Positions 48,785 through 61,812 of a DNA stretch of 64,000 nt are shown here, one piece after another. The notes beneath the pieces were generated by a model. It worked only from the letters and a program-made list of their open reading frames with translations. It made no database searches and was not told where the DNA came from. The DNA lies in the NCBI GenBank assembly GCA_001179505.1, contig CDMY01000176.1, positions 1-64,000 of the forward strand, read 5' to 3'. Positions within the stretch are counted from its first letter, which is position 1. Each line of letters begins with the position of its first letter. Made by a program: the position numbers and the translations under genes. The stretch is from Vitrella brassicaformis CCMP3155 (taxonomy: Eukaryota; Protista; Chromerida).

Positions 48785-51142
48785 TCAGGTCACCCTCCGC
48801 TTCTTGCTGCGTGTGTTGTAGATGTGCGTGGGCTCATTATCATCGGCAGCGGTAGCAGCAGCAGCAGCGGGGAGGGTGGTCTCCTGGTCGGCGGGATTGT
48901 GGGCCGCCGCAGCATCCGCCGCCGTCACCCTCGGCCGCTTCCTGCCGTCGCCCGCCTGATGGTTCTTCCTCCGCGCCTTGGCGCCTCGCTGTCTTCCCTC
49001 ATCGAGCTGAGTGTCCGCCGCCCTCTTGTTGTTGATGTGTCGGGGCGGCGGGAAGAGCTTGCGCAGCTTCCTGATGGTCCTGCACCCATCACACAACGGA
49101 CAGAGATCACACGGATGAGATGTGGCATCCCCGTCTGTGTGTGTGTGCATGTGTGTGTGATGGACATACTGATAGTAAGACTGCATGAGCTCCTCCCACT
49201 CGTCCTTAAGGGCCTTCTTCATCTGCGACACACACACACCAACCACCCACACCGCCACACAATGACGAGTGAGCCCAGCAGCTGCGGCTGTCTGTCCATC
49301 ATGTATGTGTGTAATGGGATGGTTCGTGTGGAAACATACACGCATCGCATCGCATCTCCTCTCCTACTCTCGATGTAAGAATGTCATTTGTGTGTGTGCC
49401 GTACCTGCTGTTCAGTGAGGTTGCGATCATCGTTCCACATGTGACACATGCGGAAGTAAGGCAGATCCTCCTAATCGATGACGGCACAGCAGCAGAGGGG
49501 AAACAGTGCAGACAGTGACCCCGCACACAAAGCTACCGTGCTACTGTTCTACGGCAGCCATGGCTAATGCCTCCCTCCCAGCCTCACTACCCGTCTCCCT
49601 CCCTGCCTGTCTGCCTGGCTGACCGCCCTCCGTCACTCACTCACCTTGTCCTTTGAGACGGGATGGGGCTCGTTGATGTCCTTGCGCAGCCGCTCCTCGA
49701 CACTCAGGCGGTAGGCGGAGGCTGTCGAGCAGGCTGTCAGCCTCCTCGCCACTACCAGGAGCCAGGTAGGAGGGCGGGATCTTTGCCGGCAGGGGGTGCG
49801 GCAGCAGACAAGCGAGTTGCAGTACCTCCGTCATCCTAATTGACAGATGCCAGCCAACGATATGCGCAGCCAGGAGGCAGGGAGGGAGGGGAGGATAGTG
49901 TGTGTGCGTAAGGCAGGTGTCTGCGTCAGTGTCGACCGACCTCGTGGCTTGCTGCTCGGTCTCCTTGACGTTGAGGGCGAGGCAGTCGATGCTGGGGATG
50001 ACGTGAGGCTGCATGGCGTCCCCCTGCACCGCGACATGCAGGTCACGGACACACAAGACAGCCAGACCTGTTAACAGCTCGACTGCACTACTCCTCGCTG
50101 GCTTGTCACTCACCTGTCGGCGTCTGTGTCGCCTGATGGCCCGGTTCTCCACAGACTGAGTGAGACAGCCAGCCAGAGCCAGCAATGATCAACAAACACG
50201 CCTTTGCGAAAGCCCCGTTAGCGTGTCTTACGCCTGGTGCAGCCGTGGTGAGGGGGCGCTGGCCGTGACAGAGGACAATCTGATGTAGGCACACACAACG
50301 CACAGTCGCATCAGTCGGATGGATGGCTGGGTCGTTGGTTGCTTCTCAGATTATGTGACCGAGTCGTAGTGCAGGCCGCTGAGGTGTGAGAGCCGCATTG
50401 GGTGGGGACTGCAGGCGCTGCACGTCTGGTGACGCAACTCTGAAAGGACAGCGCAGCGACAGAGGGCGGGCACATGACATGCCTGTGTGAACGTGTGTGT
50501 GTTTTGCTGCCTAGGTGTCTGTCAATCAAGGTGGCTACGGTACCGCTGGTGGATGCGTCGTATATTTCTATTCTGCAGTCGTACATCTGCGACATGGCCT
50601 GGATCTCCACTTCATCGCCCCACTCTAATCAATCAACACCGCACAGCACAGTGAGACGTAACCATGACGATATACACGCGTCACCCCTCCCTCCCTCCCT
50701 CCCTCCCTCCCCCGCTCCCTGGCTGACCTCTGTCTTGCTTCATGCGGTGGACGTGCTCTTCGAAACGCTCTCCCCACACAAACTCCTGGAAATACTCACG
50801 GTTGGCCTCCTGCATGCATAGCATACAGACATTGGGCTGATTGATTGTCGCCCTCTGGGAGTGGAGTATGTATCTGTGTGTTGTGGACCGGACCGACTGA
50901 CCATGTACTCCATGCACTTGGTGCGGACGAGTCCGTGCAGGTCTTGGTCGCCGTACATCTGATCCGCCACCGAACGAAACAGACAATTGCCGTCACACGC
51001 TGAACCGAACACACACACATACATCCACACATGCAAGGCACGATGACCAATGGGCCTTGATCTGTCTGAGTTGTTTACGAATGTCATGGACGGTGTAGCG
51101 GTCATCGATCCTCGGCTGCCCCGCATCCGGATCCACCTTCCT
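48785..51142 (-). CDS. OTU-family (OTUD5-like) deubiquitinase with an unknown C-terminal domain; frameshifted, possibly a pseudogene
   Basis: [32 protein letters not shown] | [11 protein letters not shown] | [17 protein letters not shown] | [14 protein letters not shown]|IV (catalytic Cys and His present). A 2-nt deletion at ~49716 relative to the paralogous exon at 15.9 kb. Confidence 0.85.
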
Positions 51143-51271
51143 CTGCATCCACCTTCCTCTGCATCCACCATGGACGGGACGGACGGACGGACACCCACAC
51201 ACCAGACCGTACAGGATTCAAACCATATGACGCACTTTCGTCGTGTTGTTGTGTGCCGCTCACTGACTGAC

Positions 51272-53083
51272 CTTTTTCCGCCCCTCGCTCCTGTCCACAG
51301 ACCGTTTCCCTCGCCCCCCGCGCGACGTCATGCCCGACCGACCGGTGCCATGGTGGCTTTCACCACCACCACCGCCACCCCCAGCGGCTGCTGCGGCTGC
51401 TGCTGCTGCTGCACTACTGCTATTGGCCTCGCCGCCATCCCTGCCCCTCTTCCTGCTCCTGGTGCTCATACCCACGTCCCTGGCGGCCACGGCCGGCACA
51501 CCGCTGTCGATGTCCATGCCATCCCCCACACTCCGCCGGCGCTTCTGGCTCCGGCGGGACATGCCACCAGACGCCGCACTCGCCGACGCGGCTGCGGCTG
51601 CCGACGATGCACCAGGGACACCGTTGGGCATCATGAGGCCGGCCGGGAGCACGTCGGACTCCGACCGTTTCCCGCGTCTGGTGCTGTCGCGCGGGGGCCG
51701 CCCGCCACTCGACGCCCCCGTGTCGTTGAGGGCGTTGTGGAGGGCGCGGGTGCGGCTGCGCGTCCAGTGTAGGGGGAGTTCGGACTGGGACTGGCCGTTG
51801 GTAAGGCCCAGGCCGCTGCTGGCCGGGACGGCCGCTGATGCCGAGCTGGGTATCTCTGCCCCTGGGGGTGGGGGGTAGAGTGCGAGGGGGGACACGACGT
51901 TGCGATCGATGGCTACCTTGACCGTCACGACGTCACGCAGCTGGACGAACGCCGGGGCAGAGTCTTCGACACCCATCTGGTGGATGGATGGATCACACAC
52001 ACAGAGGGAGGGGGCGGGGAGGGAGGGGGAGGGGGAAAGACGTGTCTCATGGTGTGGTGGTGTTGCGCTCTGTCGGTTGGTGTTACCTGCCCGACTTTGG
52101 TATCGTCCAGGGTCTGCTGATAGATCAGCTGCAAAAACTCCGTACCAACTCCTGCACACACAACACAACACAAGACAGAGAATGCCGCTCTCCCATCCCC
52201 GTCTCCGTGCAGTGCATCGCACTGACCTTTTCTCTGGTAGTGCGGGAAGATGAGGAACTGCGAGAGCCGGAGGCGCCTTCTCGATGTCGACGGGCTCCAG
52301 AACGTGTAGGCGGTGGCAAATCCACACAGGCTCAGACACCCCGGCCCGCTCGACGCACGGGGTCTCAGCTTGCGGCTGTTGGACGGGTAGTCACCGCCGC
52401 CGGGCGACGTCAGGGGCCGCTTGTACGCGAGGTAGACGTGCCAGCGCTGGTCCTGCTCGATCGCCGATGCGCCGTTGATGAACCAGTGCAGGAACCACTC
52501 CATCCGAGAGTGCAGCAACTTGGAACCCGCTATCGGCAAACGTGCACCTTCTCACCTCGATCTGCTCATCCCCCGCCCCCGCCGTGTGCCCCAACACCCC
52601 CACCCGCTCCCCCGGCGGCAGGAATGGCCACCCACGAGTCGTCCGGCACTCCAGCTTGGCGACGAAGTCATGCTCCGAAGGGCAAAAGCCGCCGGGGAAG
52701 GGCACCATGGCCAGGCGGTCCATGACGCGCTTGCGGGAGGCCTGGAAGGACGGGCTCTCGCCCTCCACCTTCACGAACAGGTCAAAGGTGTCCGGGATGT
52801 AGTAGATGCGGACTGCGAGCTCCTCGAATCCCATGATCACCTGGTCGGTGTCGAAGAAGTGGTTGGCGAAGGAGGGCGAGAACGTCACCGGCGGCTTGCG
52901 ATAGTCGTCGAGGGACCCACACGGGTGAAAGAAGACGCTAGAGAGGGCGTTGACGCGCAGCGAACGGGTGACGCGACCCTCGAGCCTCTGCTTCTTGGAT
53001 GACGGCTCCCCCATGCCCTCGGCCGGCTGAGGGCGAGATCTGGTGCTTCGACGCGGCTGTAGTGACATAATTACCACCTGTTG
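51272..53083 (-). CDS. HAT1: Histone acetyltransferase type B catalytic subunit (HAT1) homolog; exons ~53083-52226, 52150-52087, 51980-51272
   Basis: [10 protein letters not shown]...[13 protein letters not shown]; [20 protein letters not shown]; GFATAY...[17 protein letters not shown]|[10 protein letters not shown]; [13 protein letters not shown]. Apparent +1 frameshift at ~52519. Last exon ends at a GTCAGT donor, not a stop. Confidence 0.9.
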
Positions 53084-54519
53084 CATCCGCGAGCTAATAG
53101 ATCGGCCAATCAGCGGCATTCTCTGAAAATGGTCTCGCCTGCTGCCTGAAGCCCACACACACACTGCTGCAATCACCCGTCCGCTCCCTCTGGCGATCTC
53201 CCGCTCCTCGCGATAAGGCCCCGCGCCTTGCACCACAGCAGCAGCAGATCTGGCACGCCCAGGACGCCTCATCAGCCACGAGAGCCGGCGCACATCCCAT
53301 CTCGCACAGGGCCGAATGGTCTTGTGGTCAGCTCAGGTGCGACTCAACCGCCGACAGAAATGGCGTAGATCAGGGAAGGGGTGAGGGGGATAGCACTGCA
53401 AGCGTCGTAGTTTCGCCTCTCCCCTTCCCTCTCCTTTGCGAGCTAAGCTCGCCTTCTTCCCTCCCTTCTTTGTGGAAACAACTCGGATGAAGTCCACTTG
53501 CGGCGTGTTCACGCGAGTACGATCGCGGCGACGCCGGCCACCATTGCAGTCGACACTCACCTCCTGCAGGACGGAGGCGGGATGATGAAGGACAGCGCAG
53601 ATGAACGCCGCGGCAGCGCCGAGCTGAACACTCTGTATTCGGCTCCTCTATTGCCCACCTTCAGCCAGCCGCTGTATGGAGCAGCAGAGCGGCTGAGCAA
53701 GAGCCGGCAGCTGGCCGAGGTCTACAGCCGTCAGGCAGAACCAATCAGTGTGTGCCAGTCACGCAGCGGCGAAGAGCCGCGAAGCAACCGCCAACAGCTG
53801 CAGTCGGGTGTCAACACCGCTGAGGAACCGGCAGAGCTGACAAGAGGGCATTGAAGGAGGTTCGCCTTGCGAAGACGAGCGGCTGATAGAAGAGCTTCTG
53901 CGTGGAGCAAGAAACAGGGAGGCGACGCTGGTCGCCATTGCTGTGTGCTTCGTCGTCATTCACTCTCTTCGGCCTCATCCCTCTCGTTGGTCTGCCACGG
54001 CCCGCGGAGATGTCGAACATCTTCGGTGCTGTACAAGCAGGCAGCTCTTCGGCTCCTTGATTATGTCCTGACCTTCAGAGAGAGGAGTGAGGGGTTGTGG
54101 ACGAGCTGGACCTTCTCGCTCTTGAGGAGAGGCAAGCCTTTCAAGGTGAGCTGCAAGCCAGACAAGGAGAGACACCGGACGAGAAAGCACATGGCGTGTG
54201 TCTTCATGCAGAGATCTTCTGCGGTCTTTTTATTTCGTCGTTTGCCTGTTCGGCTGCTGCCGAGCTGCTGGAGCAGTTGATTCTACTCGCACAACATGAC
54301 GTGGCCTCTGTTCGCTTGGCGCTGCTTTTCTGTTTGCTTGGCGCTGGTTTTCTATTGTTATCTTGGAGTGCTGGTATACTTGTGGGAGAACAGGACACGG
54401 TAGAGTGTGTAAAAGACGGTAGACTACCGGAGTGTCTTAATCGTAGTAATTCAACCTTACGGACACTCTCACGTCGATAGCTCATCCATGCAGCAGACTC
54501 ATTCAACGGTAATGAAGGC

Positions 54520-55235
54520 ACCTACTAAACCAACCACACACATACACACACACACACACACCCCTCTACACACACACACACACCTACACACACACCTACA
54601 CACACCCCTACACCTACACACACACACCTACACACACACCTACACACCTACACCCCTACACCCCTACACCCCTACACACACACAGACACACACCTACACA
54701 CACCTACACCCCTACACACACCTACACACACACAGAGACACACACACCTACACGCACACACAGAGACACACACACCTACACGCACACACAGAGACACACA
54801 CACCCAGACACCCACCTACACACACCCAGACACCCACCTACACACACACCCAGACACCCACCCACACCCAGACACCCACCTACACACACCCAGACACCCA
54901 CCTACACACACACCCAGACACCCACCCACACCTACACACACACACCCACCCACACACACACCCAGACACCCACCCACACACACACCCAGACACCCACCCA
55001 CACACACACCCAGACACCCACCCACACACACACCCAGATACCCACCCACACACACCCCTACACACCCACCCACACACACCCCTACACACACACCTACACC
55101 CCTACACACAGACACACACACACACACACCTACACACACCTACACCCAGACACACACCTACACACCTACACACACACACCTACACACAGACACACACACA
55201 CACACACACACACCCCTACACACACACCTACACAC
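54520..55235. repeat. ~700-bp degenerate (CA)-based satellite with higher-order units
   Basis: Almost only C and A on the plus strand, with units such as CACACACCTA and CACACACCCAGACACCCACC repeated several times around 54820-55050. Confidence 0.95.
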
Positions 55236-56909
55236 CAACCAATGTCATGAAATGGGCGCTTATGACCAGCTTGACAGACGAGCCGAGCTTTGACTAGCTA
55301 TGCATGCAGCTGGAACAGTGTATACTCGTATTCACAGCTCACTCATACTTCAACGGTCAGCCGGGCAGCCGAGGGTAAGTGAGCAAGAGTCGCATCTGGC
55401 GGAGCTTAGCGTGTACTCATCGGCAAGGCAATTCAGGGTGACCAGAATCACGGCTTGTCAGCATAGGCGAGAGGCTACGGCAGCTCACGGGCCAGGCTGC
55501 TGCATGCACCCCGTCTAGGCGGACGCTGTTGGTTACAGGCGATCCCACCCGAGACAAGAGGTCCGGAGAGAAGAGCAAGATGGTCTGTGGTCTGCTGATG
55601 CCCTTGTCTACACGCTCCTCAACTCAACTATCTCTTCGGTATGGTGTGTGCAGTCTGTACTGACGGTGTCGCTGCTTGCGACAGCTTCCGAGCTGTCACG
55701 CGGTCGAGCTGTTTGACTGGTTGATGGCTCATGACTCAACGGCAATTGAAAGACTGAACCAGCCTGGGGCAGTGAATGGCAACGAAACCCTTATGTAGCC
55801 GACTATGGCCATACATGCAGCGGGTGTTTCCTCGTGTCTCCCACAGTACCCACTGTGTGGTGCTGTGGCATTCGGGGGATCCTCAGCCGCTGCGCCTCAT
55901 GACTGAGTCAAGGGCCGTATAAAATGGTCGAGCCTTCGCGTTGTGGCGTATAAAATGTGTCCCCCCCTCCCTCTTGGCGTATATCATTGCAAAAGTGTGA
56001 ATTGCATCTTGCGTTTCAGCAGGAGCGTTGCCTGAGGCACACGCGTGTCGTGGCTGCATCAGCCTTCGGGCTGCCTGCATGGATGTAGGGCGAGTCCAAC
56101 GACCCGCCATATTTTCGTTCGTTCGTCCTCGAGCTACCCCTCCATCGCGGCATGCCCATTTGCATCTGCCGGGACGCAAAAGGGCACCCGAAGGGGGAAT
56201 GGAGAGGGTATGGAAGCAATCCCCTCCCGTCTCCTGTCCTTTCTGTAAATTTTTGTTGTGTCGAGAAATGTATCACTCTGTTGTGTAAATATACGCGACG
56301 ATATTTATTCTTTAAGCGGCAGATTCTCCCATTGCATCTCATTTCACCCACACCTTCATCGAGGAACGAACAAACCAACGTACAAACTGCACCTAGAACG
56401 ACACACATGTACATGGTACTGTTCCTGCATTTGTGTGCGTGGTGTGGGATATGGGAGAGGGAGGAAGGGACGCGTGATGCCCCAGTAACCTGCGGCCGCG
56501 GTAGTGCCGGGGCGGACGAATGACGGGCCTGGATGTCCGCTGGGGCTAGAATGTCACGCCCCGGCCGCGGGGAGGATATGTGTGTGGTGGGATGGGATGG
56601 TGGGTCGTTGCATATTGAATGACTGGCTGAATGCCTCGCAGACACTGCACACGTTCGTTCGGTGGGACCCAGAAAGGGCGGCGGGTTTATATTGGACTGT
56701 GCCTTGGTTTGATACTGATGCCTATTGTGGTGAAATGTGCTTGGAGGGATGATTGATGACTTCACAAGGCAAATGCTGCCATCCGACAGGAAATTGATGA
56801 GAGAGACACCGAGCGCCCAAGCCCCATCCAACACACGAGCATCCGTGCCCATTATGCTAGTTGCCAACACACGATCCACTCCACTCCACTCATCCCTCCA
56901 CCTTTTTAT

Positions 56910-59900
56910 CTATCTCTTCGACCCATTCGCCTGTCTCATGGACGAGTACTCATACAGATTCGCCGCACTACGCTGCCCGCCGGCGCTATGCGATGGCCCC
57001 CCTCCCCCTCTCCGCCCCCCATGTGTCTGTGTCAGTGCCGCCTGTGATGCATACGTGGCATAGCTATTCTGGTACGCTGGGTGGTGGGACGCAAAGCCGC
57101 CCGTCTCCCTCTGTCTCGGGCTTGCGTAGGTCGGCGTGAGCGACCCCTGCACCGAACGCCCCGCGCCGCTCTCCACCGGCGTGCTGGTGAATGATGTGGC
57201 AGCAGGAGGAGGAGCTGCAGCACCAGCCGACGAGAAGGGATCTCTCTTGCCGCTGGGGAAGGCAGGCGAGGGATGAGGGTAGGGGTCATGGCCGTACGCA
57301 AACGGTATGTGCCTCTCGTGTCTCTCATATCCTCCACCAGCCAAGCCGCCCCTCTCATCCAGCCGCGGTCGGCCACCCATGGCTTGAGCAGACGAAGGGG
57401 CGTGTTCATGGTGCGCGCGGCTGGGCAGGGGGCTGACGTCACGTTGGCTGCCATAGCGGGACAGATCAAGAGGCGTTCTTGACCTGTACGAGTGAGCGAG
57501 GGCATGGTCGCCTCTTCTGGGGTACTCGTGGTGCTGCCAGGGGGATGTGGGGGCATAGCTGTGATGCTGCTGCTGATGCCGATGCCGATGCGCGGTGCGA
57601 TCCATGGCGATGTGCTGGTAGGCATTCTGCCGCGGCTGCTCCTCCTCCTCCAATCGCCCACGACTGGGCATGGCACTCACGCTGCGTTGGGCGTCACGCA
57701 GTGGCTGGTAGTAGTGGTGGTACTGCCGGGAACTAGGTTGCTGGGCGGTCGGAGAGAAGGCGGGCTCCCATCGATGCTGGAAGCCGGCGATGCTGGCGAA
57801 TGCCGGAGGCTGAAGGACCCCCACCTGGCAGCTGGTAGGGCTGCCAGCGTGTTGAAAGGGGTCCGTCAGCGGTACCAATACCCCCTGTAGACCCGGCTGA
57901 GCCCTCCTGCCTCTGATGCCACCGACAAATGAGGCTCCTGTCTCCTCTGCAGAGGCCGTCCGCACGCCATAATCCACCACCCTACGGCCGACCGAAGACG
58001 GCGACTCGTCCGACTTTGCATGCGGAAAGGCAGCCCGGGGGCGGTGCACGAGGTGGCTGGGGGATGCCTCGCCAGCACTCTGTTGGGCGAATGGCACGAC
58101 GGGGTGGGGGAAGGGAAGGCGGTCTTGGCGTGAGACAGGAGGCTGTGGGCGGCGAGCGCGGCTGAAAGTGGTGTCCAGGGACTGCAGGGAGTCGTCGGCT
58201 AGATCGATTCGCACGTCTTGCGTCTGCCAGGAACCCACAGCAGCGCCGCTCTTCGTGGGGGACGCCGCGTCTTCCAGCAGCCGTGGTTCTGCTCGGGACC
58301 ATGACGTGTTTTGCTGCGTAACGGAGGCCGCGGTCCAGCCACGTCGGCCACCCTCTTGCCCTGCCGGCGAGCCCCAATCCCTACCACGCCCACCGTCGCC
58401 CATGCCCGCCACGCAGTAGCCTCTCGAGTCCCACGCATCAACCCTCCCACGTCGATCGTCAATCTGGGGGCTGCGAGGCTGGGCTGTGCCGACCAGCCTG
58501 AGCACCTCATCCCGACGCTCAGGCGGGACTGTCCGGGGCGGCTCGTATGCCGGGTAGTCGCGCAGAGATGACGACACGCTGCTGGGGGACATTGAGGGCT
58601 CGAAGATGTGTCTCCCGCCCGTGAATGGGGGAAAGGACGGGGGTGAGAGGTCTTGGTTCTGGCGGGCCCGCCTCGTTTGTGCGGCGCTGGCGAACGGGGA
58701 GAGATCGCTTAGAGCAGTGGGCGACGCATTCTCAGGTGACTGGTCGGCCGGGCCAGCCCCGATCGGTGGCTGGGGGTATCCCCGAGAAGGGAAGGCCGGT
58801 GATGGGGGCGGCAGGGGATGATGGTCCGGCGACTTCTCCTGGCCCTTGTCTCTATCGTTGCTGAACCGCATCATCCTGGGCCGGTAGTTGCGGATGTGGT
58901 CAGGGATGACCATCAGCGGCACCTCCTCCACGGGCGTGAAGGGTTTGTTGGCTCTCAGCGGCGAGCCCTCACTGCCGCCTTGGCCCTGGCCCTCGACCCT
59001 CCACGGCCTCTGCTGAATCGCCCCAATGCCGGTGTGGCCATCCTGGCTGGTCTCCTCAGCCCGCCACTGACGTCTCTGCCGCTGCCCGCCCTCGCCGCCC
59101 TCGATTGCGATCGTGCACGCCACCTGGGGCGACTGCAGACTCTGACCACCATTCCGCTGGGATGGCGATGCCGTGGTGGGTGCTGTGGTGAAGGGCTCCG
59201 GTGTGTGCGCAGGGGGAAGAGAGGGCGGGGGTGGGGCAGTGGGATGAGGCAGGGATGAGGACCTGGATGAGGGCGCTGAGTGTGTATCAGCCCTTTGGGG
59301 ATGCTCGGCGGTCTGCTGGGCCGATGATGTGTCGGCCGTGTGGTATTTGGTGTACCACGCCTCTGCCGCTGCAGACAGCGCTGCGATTGACATGCGACAC
59401 GATGGGTCCTGACACACACATTGAGAGAAAAGATGGAGGACTGGTCTCAGATCTGTGTGTNNNNNNNNNNNNNNNNNNNNNNNNNNNNNNNNNNNNNNNN
59501 NNNNNNNNNNNNNNNNNNNNNNNNNNNNNNNNNNNNNNNNNNNNNNNNNNNNNNNNNNNNNNNNNNNNNNNNNNNNNNNNNNNNNNNNNNNNNNNNNNNN
59601 NNNNNNNNNNNNNNNNNNNNNNNNNNNNNNNNNNNNNNNNNNNNNNNNNNNNNNNNNNNNNNNNNNNNNNNNNNNNNNNNNNNNNNNNNNNNNNNNNNNN
59701 NNNNNNNNNNNNNNNNNNNNNNNNNNNNNNNNNNNNNNNNNNNNNNNNNNNNNNNNNNNNGTTTTGGCTGCTTACGGATCTGAGCAATCCGGCAATGATG
59801 GCTTTGGCCTCAGTGTCGATAGTGTCGCTGAGCTGCGGTGGGTAGCTGTACTCCTCGCGGAGCATCCGCTGAACCATCTCAACCTGACTCTTGGCTGCAC

Positions 59901-61739
59901 CAGACACACAGAGTCACAGATAGACATACAGCAGCGAAATTTCGGCTGGTCTCTCGCGTGTGTGTCGTTTGCTTACACATGAATGGTGTCCTTGCGGTGA
60001 GCATTTCGTAGAGGAGGATGCCCAGACACCACAGGTCCACCGACAGGTCGTAGCTGTCGCCACGCACTGCAGCGAATGGCACAACACACACACACACACA
60101 CACACCCCGCATGTGACCTTGGCTCCAATCAGATGGCTGGCGCTTACAGATCTCAGGTGCCAGATAGTCTGGACGGGCCCAAGACGAAGACAATGAGGGA
60201 CAAATCGAAGAACACCAGCATGGCAGCGCAGCGATGTGATAGGAGGCTTGTGCTGCGTGCGAATGCTTTATATCGTACCTAGTGTGCCACACATGGTCGT
60301 CCTGACGATGGATGGATGACACAAACACCGCAGACAAGAAGAAAGTCGTGCCAGCTGGTTCTTTGTGTGCTGTGCTGTGCTGTATGCCAAGCGAGTACCT
60401 TTCGTGCTCCAGCTCGGTCGACCTGATGAGATCAGCACCAAACCACCCACAGCACAACAAAACAGCAAACTCTCCACTCCCCATCTCTCTCCTGTGTTTG
60501 CGTCCGTTCCTACCAGCCGAAGTCAGCAATCTTGATGTGATCATCCTTATCTGACACACCAGGTTCGGACAGAAGGCATGACAACCTCCCCCCCCCCCCC
60601 CCCNNNNNNNNNNNNNNNNNNNNNNNNNNNNNNNNNNNNNNNNNNNNNNNNNNNNNNNNNNNNNNNNNNNNNNNNNNNNNNNNNNNNNNNNNNNNNNNNN
60701 NNNNNNNNNNNNNNNNNNNNNNNNNNNNNNNNNNNNNNNNNNNNNNNNNNNNNNNNNNNNNNNNNNNNNNNNNNNNNNNNNNNNNNNNNNNNNNNNNNNN
60801 NNNNNNNNNNNNNNNNNNNNNNNNNNNNNNNNNNNNNNNNNNNNNNNNNNNNNNNNNNNNNNNNNNNNNNNNNNNNNNNNNNNNNNNNNNNNNNNNNNNN
60901 NNNCCCCCCCCCCCCCCCCCCCCCCCCGGGCCCAGCCAGCCGCCCACCGAGCAGCAGGTTCTCGGGTTTGAGGTCCCTGTGGGCCACCTTGCGCTGGTGC
61001 AGATAGTGGACGCCCCGCACCGTCTCCGTGAAGTATCTACACGCCCGCTCGTTGCCCAGACGACCCATCGCTGTACACGCACACACGCAGACACACAGAC
61101 ACAAACACGGGTGCGGTGGTGGACGGCCTTTGTCGTCTCTGTCGTCTACGCATTACTTACGCGAGTGTTTGAGTTTGCTGAAGAGCTGGCCATTCTCCGC
61201 CAGCTCCAGCACCAGGTAGACGTTCTGGCTGTCGTCGTAGGTCTCTCGCAACCGCAGAATGTTGGGATGCTTGAGGCTGCAGCAGACAGGGAGGGAGGGA
61301 GGGAGAAAAGGAGAAGAAAAAGGCCGTCAGTCTGTCGTGTGCGTGTGTGTGTCCGTGTGTGCGGGAAAGTTCTTTCTTCCCTCGTTACTTTTGCTGTATG
61401 CCGATCTCCTTGAACAGCTGCTCCTCCATCTGTCACGCGGACAACACACAAGCAGCCCAGCAACGACGGTCCGTCCATCGATTCGGCATTCATTCTCTCT
61501 ACTTCCCTTCTCTCTCTCTCCCCACCTCCATTTCCTTCATCTTCTGTATGTCCATGATTTTGACGGCATACTCACGGTCTGGACGGTGCCGGCTGCGGCA
61601 TCTATGGACCACCTGCCGCACAGATATAGTGACGGACAGACAGATCTACCTACTCTCTCCATCCCTCCCCACTTTCGTTCCTTACCCCGTATGTGCCCTT
61701 CCCCAGCTGTCCAGTGAGCTCGTACTTGTCGAAAAACAT
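56910..61739 (-). CDS. Aurora-type Ser/Thr protein kinase with a ~830-aa low-complexity C-terminal tail
   Basis: MFFDKYELTGQLGKGTYG | EYAVKIMD | LKHPNILRLRETYDD..VYLVLELAENGQLF | YLHQRKVAHRDLKPENLLL | IKIADFGW | PDYLAPEI | DLWCLGILLYEML | GLLRS|DPSCRMS. The last junction (GTAAGC donor ~59775, CAG acceptor 59409) joins the kinase to ORF 56910-59408. Confidence 0.9.
59461..59760. other. Assembly gap (300 N), inside a kinase intron
   Basis: Run of N. Confidence 1.
60604..60903. other. Assembly gap (300 N) flanked by poly-C, inside a kinase intron
   Basis: Run of N with C homopolymers on both sides. Confidence 1.
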
Positions 61740-61812
61740 GGCTGGGAGAGCGGCTCAACTGCGAGCTTGAATCATGTAAATTTCTCCGGTTTACTCCCGT
61801 TCCCCCCAGTTC

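Noticed and set aside
53498-54480. Several 70-137 aa ORFs upstream of HAT1
   Set aside because: No recognisable motifs and no consistent spliced model on either strand.
54488-55297. 269-aa His/Thr/Pro ORF and antisense Cys/Val/Gly ORFs
   Set aside because: Direct translation of the CA satellite; no coding signal.
55918-55958. Two TATAAAATG motifs 31 bp apart, resembling the junction-block core
   Set aside because: No flanking similarity to the block and no associated gene; short AT motifs are expected by chance.
59201-61104. ORFs containing long X runs and poly-Gly/Pro
   Set aside because: Artefacts of N gaps and flanking poly-C inside kinase introns.
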